Source: Phycisphaerae bacterium (lineage in GTDB: Bacteria > Planctomycetota > Phycisphaerae > JAJVII01). From it: a stretch of 64,000 nt of DNA. The position numbers were made by a program, and so were the translations under genes. Positions 52,432-62,900 of this stretch are shown here, in pieces; position 1 is the stretch's first letter, and each line of letters starts with the position of its first letter. Location of the stretch: assembly GCA_022072085.1 (NCBI GenBank), contig JAJVII010000043.1, positions 446 through 64,445 on the forward strand, in the 5' to 3' direction. The notes below the pieces were generated by a model. The model saw nothing but the letters and a program-made list of their open reading frames with translations. It was not told the origin of the DNA and did no database searches.

Positions 52432-54366
52432 TCACCACCAGAGTTTCATGCGGACCCAGCGGATCAGCGGGCGGGTCCAGAGCGTCGCGTAGCGGTCGCG
52501 GCCGAGGTGGATGCGGGCCGAGCCCTCCAGTCCGGGCTTCATCCAGTCCGGCTGCTCGTCCAGCCGCACGCGCACTTTGAAGACGTTGTCGCCGCCGACG
52601 ACCTCGGCCACCGGGCTGATGTGCACGACCTCGAACCCGACGGTCTTGTCCGGGTCCGACGGGTTGACCAGCCGACCGTGCTGGTGCTCCTGCACGTCCA
52701 CGATGTCGCGCTCGGGGACGTTCAGCTCAGCCAGCAGCGCCGTCGGGCCGATCTCGAACAGCTTGTCGCCGGTGTGCAGCGGGCGGCCGACGGTCTGCGT
52801 CCAGTCGCCCCAGAGCACCTGGCCATCGATCGGCGCTGCGATCTTCGCCCGGCTGATCTGCTCGTCCAGGAGCCGGACCTTGGCGCGGGCCCCGTCGGCC
52901 TGGGCGAGCTGGGCCTGCTGCTCGGCCACCTTCTTGGCGGCCAGCGCCGTGTCGGCCTGCTTGAGGTAGCGGTCGACCTCCGCCTGGGCCGCCTCGCGCT
53001 GCGAGACCAGCGTACTGACATCCAGGACCGCGAGGAGTTGGCCGTCCTTGACATGGGCGCCGGGCTCGATGCCCTCGCCCAGTTCCTTGAGCGGCGCGTC
53101 GTAGGGCGCGGTGATGATCCGCTTCTGCATCGGCTGAAGCACATAGGGCGACTTCACCTCGTGGTCGCCGCGGGCCAGTATCGAAAAGACGATCAGCCCG
53201 CAGATCGCCATCGCCGTCAGCTTGGCCCAGGTGTGCTTGGGACCGATCAGCACGCCCAGACCGCGCCCGGCGGCGTCGGCCCAGCGGGCCCCGAACCAGC
53301 GGTCGGTCCGGTGCAGACGCAGCAGCCAGGGGGTGCACAGGTCGCAGGTCAGCCGCATCGCCTCGATGTCGGCGGCGTCCCACGGGCGATCCAGCGGGCG
53401 CTCGGCCGTCACGACACCGACCACCTCGCCCTCGCGGCGGAGCGGCAGGCTGAGCACCGCCGACGGGCCGAACCGGCCGGCCAGTTCCGCGGTCATCCGC
53501 CCGACGCACGAAGACTGGGGCGGCGGCGGGTGGATCACCTCCAGGTCCTGGTCGAGGCACTCCTCCATCGCCGACTCGACGGACTGGATCAGCTCCATCC
53601 GGCGGCTGAATTTTTCGGTGTGGCTGGTGGCGCGGAGCTGCACGTAGCGCCCGCGCAGGAAGCCGATGCTCACGCGGTCGGCGTCCCAGCGGGAAGCCAG
53701 CTCGTTGCAGAAGGTCATCGCGGCGGCGCGAAAACGGTCGTGCTCGCCGACGGCCGCGAGCGTTTCCATCGCAGTCCGCATGTGGGCCATGTCGGCCTGG
53801 CGGGTCTGGGTGGCCAGCCGCATCTCGTAGAGGCTCAGCAGCGGCAGGGTCATCTCCAGCCGCTCGCAGGCCACCGACACGGCCGCCGGCTCGGACCGGT
53901 CGATGAGGAACGCCTCGGCGCCTCGCGTCTGCCCGGCCCCGCGGATCGGCAGCAACACGATGTGGCGGGCCGCCTGCTGGCCGTAGAGTTCGTCGCCGCG
54001 CAGCAGCGGCGCGGTGCGGGCCGAGCCGCTCTGCACGACCTCCGGGCCCAGCTCGACGGCCCGGGCCAGCCAGGCCGGGATCGTCCGGTCCTGCGGCAAT
54101 TGAGGCCAGACGCAGAGCAGCCCGAGGCGGGACTGGGCGGGCCGGCCCTCCTCGGATTGGTCAGCCGACACGCGGAGGATCGCCCCCCCAGCCGCCGGGC
54201 CGAGCAGGCACTGGGTCTGAAGCAGGCTGACAAGGAAGTCCTGGGGCGGGCCGGTGAAACGCATCAGCCGCTCGACGATTTCGCCGGCGGTGGGCGCACC
54301 CTGTCCGGCGCCCGCGGCGACGGGCTGGGTCCGGACCGGCTGGGCCTGTTCGCTCTCCATCGTCAT
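52432..54366 (-). CDS. Cytoplasmic GAF-like domain(s) + TM + HlyD-like periplasmic adaptor domain protein
   Basis: The N-terminal ~370 aa is GAF-like by fold resemblance. A TM helix follows (LTAMAICGLIVFSILA), then an MFP-like coiled coil (…QREAAQAEVDRYLKQADTALAAKKVAEQQAQLAQADGARAKVRLLDEQ…) and beta domain. Confidence 0.55.
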   Translation of the reverse strand: MTMESEQAQPVRTQPVAAGAGQGAPTAGEIVERLMRFTGPPQDFLVSLLQTQCLLGPAAGGAILRVSADQSEEGRPAQSRLGLLCVWPQLPQDRTIPAWLARAVELGPEVVQSGSARTAPLLRGDELYGQQAARHIVLLPIRGAGQTRGAEAFLIDRSEPAAVSVACERLEMTLPLLSLYEMRLATQTRQADMAHMRTAMETLAAVGEHDRFRAAAMTFCNELASRWDADRVSIGFLRGRYVQLRATSHTEKFSRRMELIQSVESAMEECLDQDLEVIHPPPPQSSCVGRMTAELAGRFGPSAVLSLPLRREGEVVGVVTAERPLDRPWDAADIEAMRLTCDLCTPWLLRLHRTDRWFGARWADAAGRGLGVLIGPKHTWAKLTAMAICGLIVFSILARGDHEVKSPYVLQPMQKRIITAPYDAPLKELGEGIEPGAHVKDGQLLAVLDVSTLVSQREAAQAEVDRYLKQADTALAAKKVAEQQAQLAQADGARAKVRLLDEQISRAKIAAPIDGQVLWGDWTQTVGRPLHTGDKLFEIGPTALLAELNVPERDIVDVQEHQHGRLVNPSDPDKTVGFEVVHISPVAEVVGGDNVFKVRVRLDEQPDWMKPGLEGSARIHLGRDRYATLWTRPLIRWVRMKLWW

Positions 54367-54420
54367 CGGCTTGCCCCCGGTCCGTCGGTCGGACGGGCTG
54401 GGCGCGGCGGCGACGCCGAC

Positions 54421-54828
54421 CTAGTTGGCCTGCGTCCGCCGGGCGCGTTTGTTGGCGTCCAGTTCCAGCTCGCCGAACTGCTCCTCGTGACGCCGCACGA
54501 GCTGGCTGAGCGTGATCGCCAGGCGCTTGGCCGAGTAGTAGTTCAGGATCACCCGGTGGGTGAGCTTGAGCAGGATTTCGGGTTGGCTGTCGGGTTGGGC
54601 GCCCTGGTTGACCAGGTTCAACCCCAGGTCGAGGATGACCTCGTCGGGCGTGCCGTTGGTGCGGAACGCGTTGGCATAGGAAGTAGTCAGCTCGCGCTCG
54701 TCGACCCGGACGCGGACCTGCGTGCCGGCCTGTTCGGAGGCCTGCGGCGAAGCCGGAGCGGCGCCGGGGGCGGGTTCCTTCTTCTCGACCATGCGTGGGT
54801 TCCTTTCCATCACAGGATTATCGGCCAT
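54421..54828 (-). CDS. DUF3467-family small protein (start uncertain: 54828, 54810 or 54792)
   Basis: …TSYANAFRTNGTPDEVILDLGL…ILLKLTHRVILNYYSAKRLAITLSQLV… matches the conserved YSN…EF(V/I)LDF…AKRL pattern of DUF3467. Lies 54 nt upstream of the GAF-HlyD gene on the same strand. Confidence 0.45.
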   Translation of the reverse strand: MADNPVMERNPRMVEKKEPAPGAAPASPQASEQAGTQVRVRVDERELTTSYANAFRTNGTPDEVILDLGLNLVNQGAQPDSQPEILLKLTHRVILNYYSAKRLAITLSQLVRRHEEQFGELELDANKRARRTQAN

Positions 54829-54959
54829 CGGCCGGTCTTGCTTAATGCCTATTGCGTTAGCGCGTGGCGTCCAATTCAGCCCCTCGTGAATACTCGGGGG
54901 GCGGCGGACTCCGCGATTGCTGCGGCCCCGAGCGTGTTCACCCGGGCTATTGAGTCCCG

Positions 54960-55085
54960 CAAAAGAAATCTTCACCACAGAGAACACAGAGGGCACAGAG
55001 TCAGACGTATTGAATGATTCTGGATTTCGGTCATTTCTTGACGTTTCGGACCCCCTCTGTGATCTCGGTGTCCTCTGTGGTGAAT
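54960..55085. repeat. Word-repeat inverted repeat (CACCACAGAGAACACAGAGGGCACAGAG / CTCTGTGATCTCGGTGTCCTCTGTGGTG) flanking an AT-rich core
   Basis: Arms at ~54967-54995 and ~55053-55081 are near reverse complements built from CACAGAG words. Confidence 0.45.
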
Positions 55086-55140
55086 GAAGATTCCTTTTGC
55101 AGGAGTCAATAAGTACGCCCCCTGCATTCTCGACGCCGAC

Positions 55141-56514
55141 CTACCCCTCGTTGAACAGCGTGATCGTCTGGCCGTCCGGCTCGATGGCGTCGGGCGCCGT
55201 CACTTCGTGGGCCCCCGCGCCCTGGAGGCGGAATGTTACCGGCCGACCGGCCACGCGGCAGGTCAGTTCCGCCGCCAGCCGACCGCCGCCCGCCCCGTGC
55301 AGCCGCACGACGTTGAGCCCGGGGCGCAGCCGCGGGGTGACCTGGGGGTTCAGCTCGACCACCGCGTCCAGTTCCAGGTCGACCGCCCCGCTTCGCCCGG
55401 GCGCGCGGACGATCAGTTCGAACCCCGTGCCGGCCAGAGCGTCGGGCCCGGGCTGGTGCGTGCCAGCCGACCGGATCGGCAGCAGCACGTCGCGCGTGCT
55501 GGGCGGGAAGAGCAGGAAGCCCGAGCAGTCGCCCGCGCCGCCGGCCGGGGTCGTCCGCCAGTCGATCGACGTGACCGGATAGGGCAACTCGACGCCCAGC
55601 CGCCAGTCGCCGGTGGGCCCGTTCCAGCCCGTGCTTCCCGCGCCGGGGGTCAGCCGCGTGCGCCACGAGAACCGCCCGTTGCCATAGCGGGCCGGGCGGG
55701 CGTTGCGGCGTCCCTCGCGCGGGCCGCCGCCGATGGATTCGGCATCGAAGATCGCCCGCATCTGCGGGTGCAGGAAAAACTGCCCGGGCAGCGGCTCGCC
55801 CAGGAAGGTGAACGACTGCCCCGGCGCCAGCGTCAGCGGGGCCAGCCGCCCGGGCCAGCAGTTCAGCCCCGGCTCGTGGAACTTGATCGTGGAGCGGGTG
55901 AAGATTTCCGGCTCGGGCCCGTAGGGCATGTCGCCCTCGGGGTCGCCGACGGGCCGGTCGGCCAACTCGGGGCGATCGGCGATCTCCTGGAGCGAGACGA
56001 TCCGCCCGGCGGCGTCGCGGCGGTAGAAGCCGACCATCACGTCCAGGAAGTGCCACCGGCCGTCCCAGCGGACCTCCAGCGAGCTGTGGCCGGACAGGTC
56101 GCCGGGCTTGCGCTTCGTCGAGGCCATCGACCAGCGGAACGCCCACGGGCGGCCGTCCTCGCCGATCCGCCACGCCCCGACTTCGCGCTCCTGCATGCCG
56201 ACCAGGCGGACGTTCTGATGGCCGAGCAGTTCGCCAGCCAGGATGCCGAAGGTCTTGGACAGCCGCCCGCACAGTCCGAAGCCCCACCAGTTGATGGTGC
56301 GGATCGCCTGGTTCAGCGGGTCGAGGGTGTCGTCCACGGTGCCCAGGTAGGCGAACAGGTTCCGCCGCGTCCAGCGGTAGAGCGCGAGCACCTGGGTTTC
56401 GGTGTCAGCGCCGGCAGGCAGATCGGCCAATACGTCGCGGACGATGCTCGCGATCGAGCCGGCATCGACCTGGCCGTCGATCGTCAACCTGCAACCGGTG
56501 ATGGCGTCGGACAT
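55141..56514 (-). CDS. Hypothetical protein, possibly transglutaminase-like cysteine protease fold
   Basis: AGGAGC lies 6 nt upstream of ATG 56514. It has a Cys…His…Asp arrangement (…NWWGFGLCGRLSKTFG… / …RWDGRWHFLDV…) reminiscent of the transglutaminase-like core, which is a weak call. ORF-track 56910 is an extension. ORF 55084..56532(+) is antisense. Confidence 0.4.
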   Translation of the reverse strand: MSDAITGCRLTIDGQVDAGSIASIVRDVLADLPAGADTETQVLALYRWTRRNLFAYLGTVDDTLDPLNQAIRTINWWGFGLCGRLSKTFGILAGELLGHQNVRLVGMQEREVGAWRIGEDGRPWAFRWSMASTKRKPGDLSGHSSLEVRWDGRWHFLDVMVGFYRRDAAGRIVSLQEIADRPELADRPVGDPEGDMPYGPEPEIFTRSTIKFHEPGLNCWPGRLAPLTLAPGQSFTFLGEPLPGQFFLHPQMRAIFDAESIGGGPREGRRNARPARYGNGRFSWRTRLTPGAGSTGWNGPTGDWRLGVELPYPVTSIDWRTTPAGGAGDCSGFLLFPPSTRDVLLPIRSAGTHQPGPDALAGTGFELIVRAPGRSGAVDLELDAVVELNPQVTPRLRPGLNVVRLHGAGGGRLAAELTCRVAGRPVTFRLQGAGAHEVTAPDAIEPDGQTITLFNEG

Positions 56515-56728
56515 GCGGCGCTCCTGGCGTAGGGAATGACCGACTGTCATTGTAACCCGACTCGGGCGTCCGCCAAGCGGGGGAACAGGGCAAAGCCATC
56601 CGGCCTGGCCGATGCCGTGCGACGGGTTCTCCGGTCCTGACACGGGCGGGACGGGTTGAAATAGGGATGTCATCCGGATCTCGCGGCGACCCGGAGATAT
56701 ACCCATTGATACATGGAAAGGACGCAAG

Positions 56729-59700
56729 ATGAGCCATCGGAAAATGCGAGTCGGAGTTGCGACCATCGGCCTGATGCTGCTGGGGCTGGCCTTGTCGGCC
56801 GGTCCGGCCTGGGCGCTGGACATCCCCATCACCGTTGCCGAGCCGATCGGCCTGGCCCGCAAGGCCGCTCCCGTATCCTGCGGCATTCCCCTGCCCGGCG
56901 GACAGTTCAAGGCTGACCAGGCCTTCTCGCTCTTTGACGGCGAGGCCGAGACGCCCCTTCAAGCCCTGCCGCTGGTGGTTGACGAGAAGGGCTTCCTCCG
57001 CTGGGTCCTGCTGGACTTCCAGGCCGACCTGGCCGCGGGGCAGACCAGGACTTTCACGCTGAAGACCGAGAAGGGCGCCGCCGCGCCGGCCAAGGCCCTG
57101 AAGGTGACCGACGCCGCGGACGGCGTCACGGTGGACACCGGCAAGGCCAGCTTCGCGATCGCCAGGAACAAGCCCTTCGCCCTGTTCGATTCGGCGGCAG
57201 CCGGCGGCAGGCAGGTCGTCGCCGGGGGGACCGCGACCTACACCGACGGATTCGACGGCAAGCAGTACGTCGCCGACAAGCCCGACAGCGTCGAGGTAAA
57301 CTACGCCGGCCCGCTGCGGACGACGATCAGCGTCAAGGGCCACTTCGTGGGCGACGCGAACAACAGGTTCCAATACATCGCCCGGATCACCGCATGGGCC
57401 GGCCACAGCGACGTGCTCGTGAAATACTCGCTGGCCAACAGCAACCCGGACCACTACTGCTACCGCCAGGTGTCCGACTCGACGGTGACGCTGAAGCTGG
57501 CGAACGCGCCGGCCGGGGCGATCCTCGGGACGTCCAAGGCCCTTGAAGCCGACGGACCGGCCTGGATGCAGCAGTCCGAGCGGGCGGTCGTCGCCGCCTG
57601 CCACCACAACGACGCCCTGGGTTCGGCCGCTTGGGCGCAGAAAGCGCCCGCGGCGTCGGCGCCGGGCGGCTGCAAGGCGATGGCCGGCGAGAAGGAACTC
57701 TGGACCAGCCAGGGCAAGGGCGACCAGTCGCAGGGCTGGATCGCCGCCAAGGCCGGCGCCGGCACGGTCTTCGTGACCGACCTCTACTTCGTCGAGGATC
57801 CGCCGCGCAAGCTCGCCGTCACCGCCGAAGGGCTGGCGCTGGTGGGCGTCACGACGCCGCTGGAGGGCGCCCAGCTGCCCTTCGCCGAGCCGATCCGCTG
57901 GTTGTTCGACTGCTCGCACCTCAGCTCGCAGTACGTGATCGACTTCGCCGCCGAGGATCCGGCGACCATGTCGGCGCTGGCTCGCGCCGCCCGCGGGCGG
58001 CTGTGGGGCATGGCCCCGCCGGCATGGTATTTCCAGACCGAGCAGTTGCCGGTCGGCCACTTCGGCACGCAGGCCGATGAACTGAAGTGCTACGACCTGT
58101 GGGACTGGAAGTATGACAAGTCGAAGGTTCCGACGGGCCCGGTGGATCAGATGGCCCGCATCGGCCGATGGACCTATGCCGACGACAACCACTTCACCAG
58201 CGAACAGGACACAGCCGACGGCCTGCTGCTGATGTACCTGCGGACCGGGGACCGCGGGTTCTTCGACGCGACCGAGAGCTGGATCCATTACTTCGAGGAT
58301 CTCCAGACCTGGCGGACCGACGGGTGGCGCTGGAAGGACGGCGGGGTGTGGTGGCACGGCGGGCCCGCAGGCAACCGGCCCCAGCGCGCCCCCGACCCGG
58401 TGACAGGCCTGCGCAACAGTCTGCCGGCCGAGTGGACCAAGAGCGTCAAGACCCCGCTGGGCGAGTGGGGCCTGGCGCGGTGCCGGCAGATCAGCTCGCT
58501 GTTCCTGGCCAAGGCCTGCCACTGCCACAACTGGGGCGAGGGGCTGGCAGAGTGGTTCATGCTCACCGGCGACCGCGACGCCTATGAGGCGGCCATCGAC
58601 ACCGTCGAGCAGAACGTGGACACGCAAGTCCGGGCCTTCGGCAAGGCGCCGGGCAAGGCCAACTCCTACAGCCGCGACTTCACCCGCTCCTGCTACCTCA
58701 CCAACGCGACGCGGATGATCGCTCCGACCGACGAGTTCGTGGTCAAATCGTCCGACGAACTGGCGGCCGCGTTCCTCGGCCGCGCGGGACGCGAGGTCCG
58801 CGGACTGGTCAACGGCCCGCACTCGATGTCGCTGTCGGCGGCCGAGCTCAAGAAGCTCGTCGGCCAGCAGGGCATCGACGAGATGAACCGGCTGGGCGTG
58901 TCGTGCAACCCCAAGACCGGCGAACTGACCGACCCGAAGACCGGGGCCAAATGGTACCCGATCGCCGGGATCACGACGTGGATGTATCCGCCACTGTCGC
59001 GGGCGATGGAGCTGTACTACCGCCTGACCGGCAACGAGGACGCGATGGACTGGGTCGTCGCCTACGGCCAGGCCGCCGCCCGCGTGATGTATCAGCCGCG
59101 GCACGGGCAACTGCACGCGAGCATCCTGGCCGATTTCCCGGCCAAGGGCGTGGTCAAGGACGTGGCAAGCTGGACGCTGCCGCCGGACAGCAAGGACGGC
59201 GACGGGATGAGCATCAGCGGCTACCTGGCCCAGTTCTATCCTGACGTGGCGATGCGCGGCTACACGTTTGCCGGCGAGGAGATCTGCAAGCAGCGGGCCT
59301 ACGACTACTGGTACTACGGCAGCCACCGCGGCTACCAGGCCACCAAACTGTCCAACATTGGCGGCGTCGGCATGTGGGTGAACGTCTATACGACCCACGG
59401 CGAGAGCGTCTGCTTCACCGGCGACACGTTCTACCAGTTTGCCCACCCGCGCAGCGACGAGAAGGCCCCGGCCGCCGTCGATGACTTGAGAGTCACGCTG
59501 GCCGGCGACAAGGCGACGGTGAGCTTCACCGCCCCGGCCGACGCCGGCGGCGGCAAGGTGGTCCGCTACCAGCTCAAATGCTCGGACAAGCCGATCGTCG
59601 ACTACGCAACCTTCCTGGACAAGTACGCCGCCAACCAGGACGCGGCCCTGACCAACTGGTGGATGGCCGCCAACCTCGCCGGCGAACCGGCCCCGCAGGC

Positions 59701-59827
59701 TGCCGGCGCGAAGGTCTCGTTCCAGGTCAGTGGCGTGCCCGAGGGTGCGAAGTACTTCGCACTGCGGACGTTCGACGATTCGTCCAACCGCAGCGCGATC
59801 GGCAACGTCGTCCAGGCCGGCGACTGA
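56729..59827 (+). CDS. Large secreted protein (1032 aa), unknown function
   Basis: Clear signal peptide (MSHRKMRVGVATIGLMLLGLALSAGPAWALD) and consistent codon usage. No confidently recognisable domain; it is rich in W/G/D and may be a carbohydrate-active or lyase-like beta-helix/alpha-toroid fold. Confidence 0.55.
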   Translation: MSHRKMRVGVATIGLMLLGLALSAGPAWALDIPITVAEPIGLARKAAPVSCGIPLPGGQFKADQAFSLFDGEAETPLQALPLVVDEKGFLRWVLLDFQADLAAGQTRTFTLKTEKGAAAPAKALKVTDAADGVTVDTGKASFAIARNKPFALFDSAAAGGRQVVAGGTATYTDGFDGKQYVADKPDSVEVNYAGPLRTTISVKGHFVGDANNRFQYIARITAWAGHSDVLVKYSLANSNPDHYCYRQVSDSTVTLKLANAPAGAILGTSKALEADGPAWMQQSERAVVAACHHNDALGSAAWAQKAPAASAPGGCKAMAGEKELWTSQGKGDQSQGWIAAKAGAGTVFVTDLYFVEDPPRKLAVTAEGLALVGVTTPLEGAQLPFAEPIRWLFDCSHLSSQYVIDFAAEDPATMSALARAARGRLWGMAPPAWYFQTEQLPVGHFGTQADELKCYDLWDWKYDKSKVPTGPVDQMARIGRWTYADDNHFTSEQDTADGLLLMYLRTGDRGFFDATESWIHYFEDLQTWRTDGWRWKDGGVWWHGGPAGNRPQRAPDPVTGLRNSLPAEWTKSVKTPLGEWGLARCRQISSLFLAKACHCHNWGEGLAEWFMLTGDRDAYEAAIDTVEQNVDTQVRAFGKAPGKANSYSRDFTRSCYLTNATRMIAPTDEFVVKSSDELAAAFLGRAGREVRGLVNGPHSMSLSAAELKKLVGQQGIDEMNRLGVSCNPKTGELTDPKTGAKWYPIAGITTWMYPPLSRAMELYYRLTGNEDAMDWVVAYGQAAARVMYQPRHGQLHASILADFPAKGVVKDVASWTLPPDSKDGDGMSISGYLAQFYPDVAMRGYTFAGEEICKQRAYDYWYYGSHRGYQATKLSNIGGVGMWVNVYTTHGESVCFTGDTFYQFAHPRSDEKAPAAVDDLRVTLAGDKATVSFTAPADAGGGKVVRYQLKCSDKPIVDYATFLDKYAANQDAALTNWWMAANLAGEPAPQAAGAKVSFQVSGVPEGAKYFALRTFDDSSNRSAIGNVVQAGD

Positions 59828-59978
59828 CGCCGGCCTCGAAGGCCACACGAGCCCCGCGCGGCCTGGCGCGGGGCTCGCTCTCTGCGCGCCGGCCCGGCGC
59901 GGGAATGGGCCGCAACACCGGCTGCCCGATCCGGGGTTTGGTATACTGTCCGCCTGTCAACCGGGAGCGGCGAAACAG

Positions 59979-62900
59979 ATGACGCGATGTGCCACGATGA
60001 TCGGCCGGTCCACACCGGCCCGGGCGAGTGCTTGGTACATTCTCCTGCTGCTCGCGTCGTCGGCGTCGGCCCAGCCGGCGCCGCCCAACCCCGACGACGC
60101 CGAGGCCGCCCGGCTGCTCGCCGCCGCACGCAACACTTACAGCCAGCGCAACTATCCGGCTGCGGTTCAGCAGTTCCGGCAGTACCTGACGCGCTTCGCC
60201 GCCCGGCCCGAGGCCGCCGACGCCCAGTTCGGGCTGGGCATGGCCCTGCTCGATCAGCCGGGCGCGAGGCCTGAGGACCTCAAGGCCGCCGCCGAGGCGC
60301 TCAAAGCCGCCGCCGAGGCCAAGGGCTTCGCCGACCCGCCGGCGGCGTTGTACTGGCTGGGCGCCGCTCACCGCGACCAGGGCGTCGCCGCCCTGGCTCA
60401 GGCCGTCGCTCATCCCGAAGCCGCGGCCCAGCACCGCGCCGCCGCTGAGCAGGCGTTCGGTGACGCGGCAGCCCGATTCGCCGCCGCCGCCGCCGCGTTC
60501 GCTCAGCGGGCCAGGTCCGCCCCTGCTGACCGGCAGGCGATCGACCTCGCCTGGTCCGCGCGGGCCCGGTGCGACCGCTGCCGCATGCTGCTCTGCATGG
60601 GCAAGAACAAGGAGGCGCTGGCGGCCGCCGACGCCATTCTCACCGACGCGGCATTGGCCGGTCCGGCCGCCGCCGACAGCCGGGCGCTGGCCCTCTACCT
60701 GTCCGGTGACGCCGCCTACCGGTCGGACGATCTGCTGGCAGCCGGGCGGACGCTCAGCCGCCTGGCCCCGTTTGACGGCAACTTCGACTTCATCCCGCAG
60801 ACCCGCTACCTGCTCGGCCGCATCCATCACCGGCTCGATCAGCAGCCCGAAGCCGCCGCCCAATACAAGGCCGCCCTCGATGCGTTCGAGCAACAGAAGA
60901 AGTCGGCCCGCCAGAAGCTCGGCAACCCGGCCGCCCTGACCCCGCAGCAGCGCGACGCCTGCCGGTCGCTGGCCAACGGGCCCGCGCCGGACTTCGTCGT
61001 CCGGGCCACCTACTACCTGGCGATCCTCCAGGCCGACCTCGGCCGCTTCTCCGAAGCCGTGCAGGGCTTCGCCGCCCTGCTGAACGCCTGGCCGCGCTCG
61101 CCGCTGGCCCCGCAGGCCCAGCTCCGCCTGGGCTACTGCCAGCTCCAGCTTCGCAACCTGCCTGAGGCCGTTCGCTGGCTGACGCCCCTGCTGTCCAGCG
61201 GCGAACTGGGCGACCGCGCCGGCTGGTGGCTGGCCCGGGCCCAGGTGGCCGGCGCCGACCGCAACAACGCCCCCGCCTGGCAGCAGGCGCTCGCGGCCGC
61301 GATCGCCAACCTCAAGGCCGCCGCCGACAAGGCCGCCTCCCTGGCCAAGAGCGACCCGGCCGCCGCTGCCCGCCGCGCCGACATGCTGCTGGAGCTGAGC
61401 GACCTACAGCAGTCGGCAGCCCGGTTCGCCGATGCCGCCGCGACCTGCGCCGCCGTCGTCGCCGACAAAGTGGACCCGCTCCGCGGCGAGCAGGCGCTCC
61501 AGCGGCAGGTTGAGGCCCTGCACCTGGCGGGCCAATACGCCGCCTCCGACGCTGCCGCCGAGCGATTCCTGCGAGGCTGGCCCCGCAGCACGCTGGCCCC
61601 GGCGGTGCTGTTCCGCCAGGCCGAGAACGCCTACCTCCTCGCCGTCGCGGCGACCGCCGCCGAGCCGCCCGCGCCGCAGGCCGACCGCGACCGGCTGTTT
61701 GCCGCCGCCGTTGACCGCTACCGCGGCCTCATCGCCCGCTACCCCGACTTCGACCGCGCTAACCTCGCCCGGCTGGGACTGGCGACGGCGCTCTATCAGC
61801 TTGGAAAGTTCGACGACGCCGCAGCCGCGCTGGCCGACATCCCCGAGCCCGACCGCGTCGGCGAACTGGCGGCGGTTCCCTACCTGCTGGCCGACTGCAC
61901 GATGCGGGCCCTGCCGCCCGAGTCGCCGGCCGCCGACGCGCTGGTCGCTGCCCGCGTGATCGATCGGGCCGACCGCTGCGCCCGCCTGCTGGAGGGCTAC
62001 GTCGCCGCGGCTCCACCGGACGCTGCCCAGCTCGACGATGCCCTGGTGAAGCTGGGCTGCTGTTACCTGCGGCTGGCCGGGCTGGTCGCCGACAAGCCGG
62101 AGCGCGACAAGGTGCTGGTGCAGGCCCGCACCGCGCTGGAGCGGGCGCTGGCGATCCCGGGCCGACCGAGCCGACCGGCGGCCCATTACGAGCACGCCCG
62201 CTGCGTCGCGCTCCAGGGCGACCTGAACGCAGGCATCGAGGAACTGGGCCGCTTTCGGCCGGAGAACCCCAACTACGGCGCCAGCCCGATCGCCGCGCTG
62301 GGCATGCTGCGACAGGCGACCTACCTGCGGGCGGCCGGCCGATCGGCTGAGGCGGCCGCCGTGCTGGACCTCTGCCGCAAAAGCTACGAGCAGGCCCTGC
62401 TGAAGGATCCCGTTCGTACCGCGTGGGTTCCGGCGATCCAGTACGAGCAGGCGGCCGCGGCGGCTGACCTGGGCAAACCCGCTGACGCCCGGACCCTGTT
62501 CGAGGCGCTGGCCCGGCAGTTCCCCAGGCAACCCGAGGCGACGGACGCCGTCTGGCAGGCGGCACGTTGCGCCCGGCTGGAAGCGACGCCCGCCGCAGCG
62601 GCCGCGGCTGCAACGCTGGCCCGACCGCTGGCGTCGGCGCAGGAGATCGCCGCTGCTGAGAAGGCGCTGGACGCCGCCGCGGCGACGCTGGCGCCCTGGA
62701 TCGACGCGCTGGCCGGCCAGGCCGAGACGCTCGCGACGCTCGCCCGCGGCAGTGAGTCGCACCTGCGGATGGAATACGAACTGGCGAACTGCCACCGCTT
62801 CTGCGCCGACGCCCGGCTGGAGAAGGCCCGCCGCCGCCTCGCCCGCGAGCTGCGCGACAAGGCCACCCCCCCCGGCCAGGCGCCTGGCCCGCTGCCCGAC

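Noticed and set aside
50164-55017. 1617-aa ORF 50164..55017(+)
   Set aside because: Antisense to three well-supported minus-strand genes (M50 fusion, GAF-HlyD, DUF3467). Composition is pure GC-shadow.
55084-59848. ORFs 55084..56532(+) and 56405..59848(-) 1147 aa
   Set aside because: Antisense to the transglutaminase-like gene and to the 1032-aa secreted protein, respectively.
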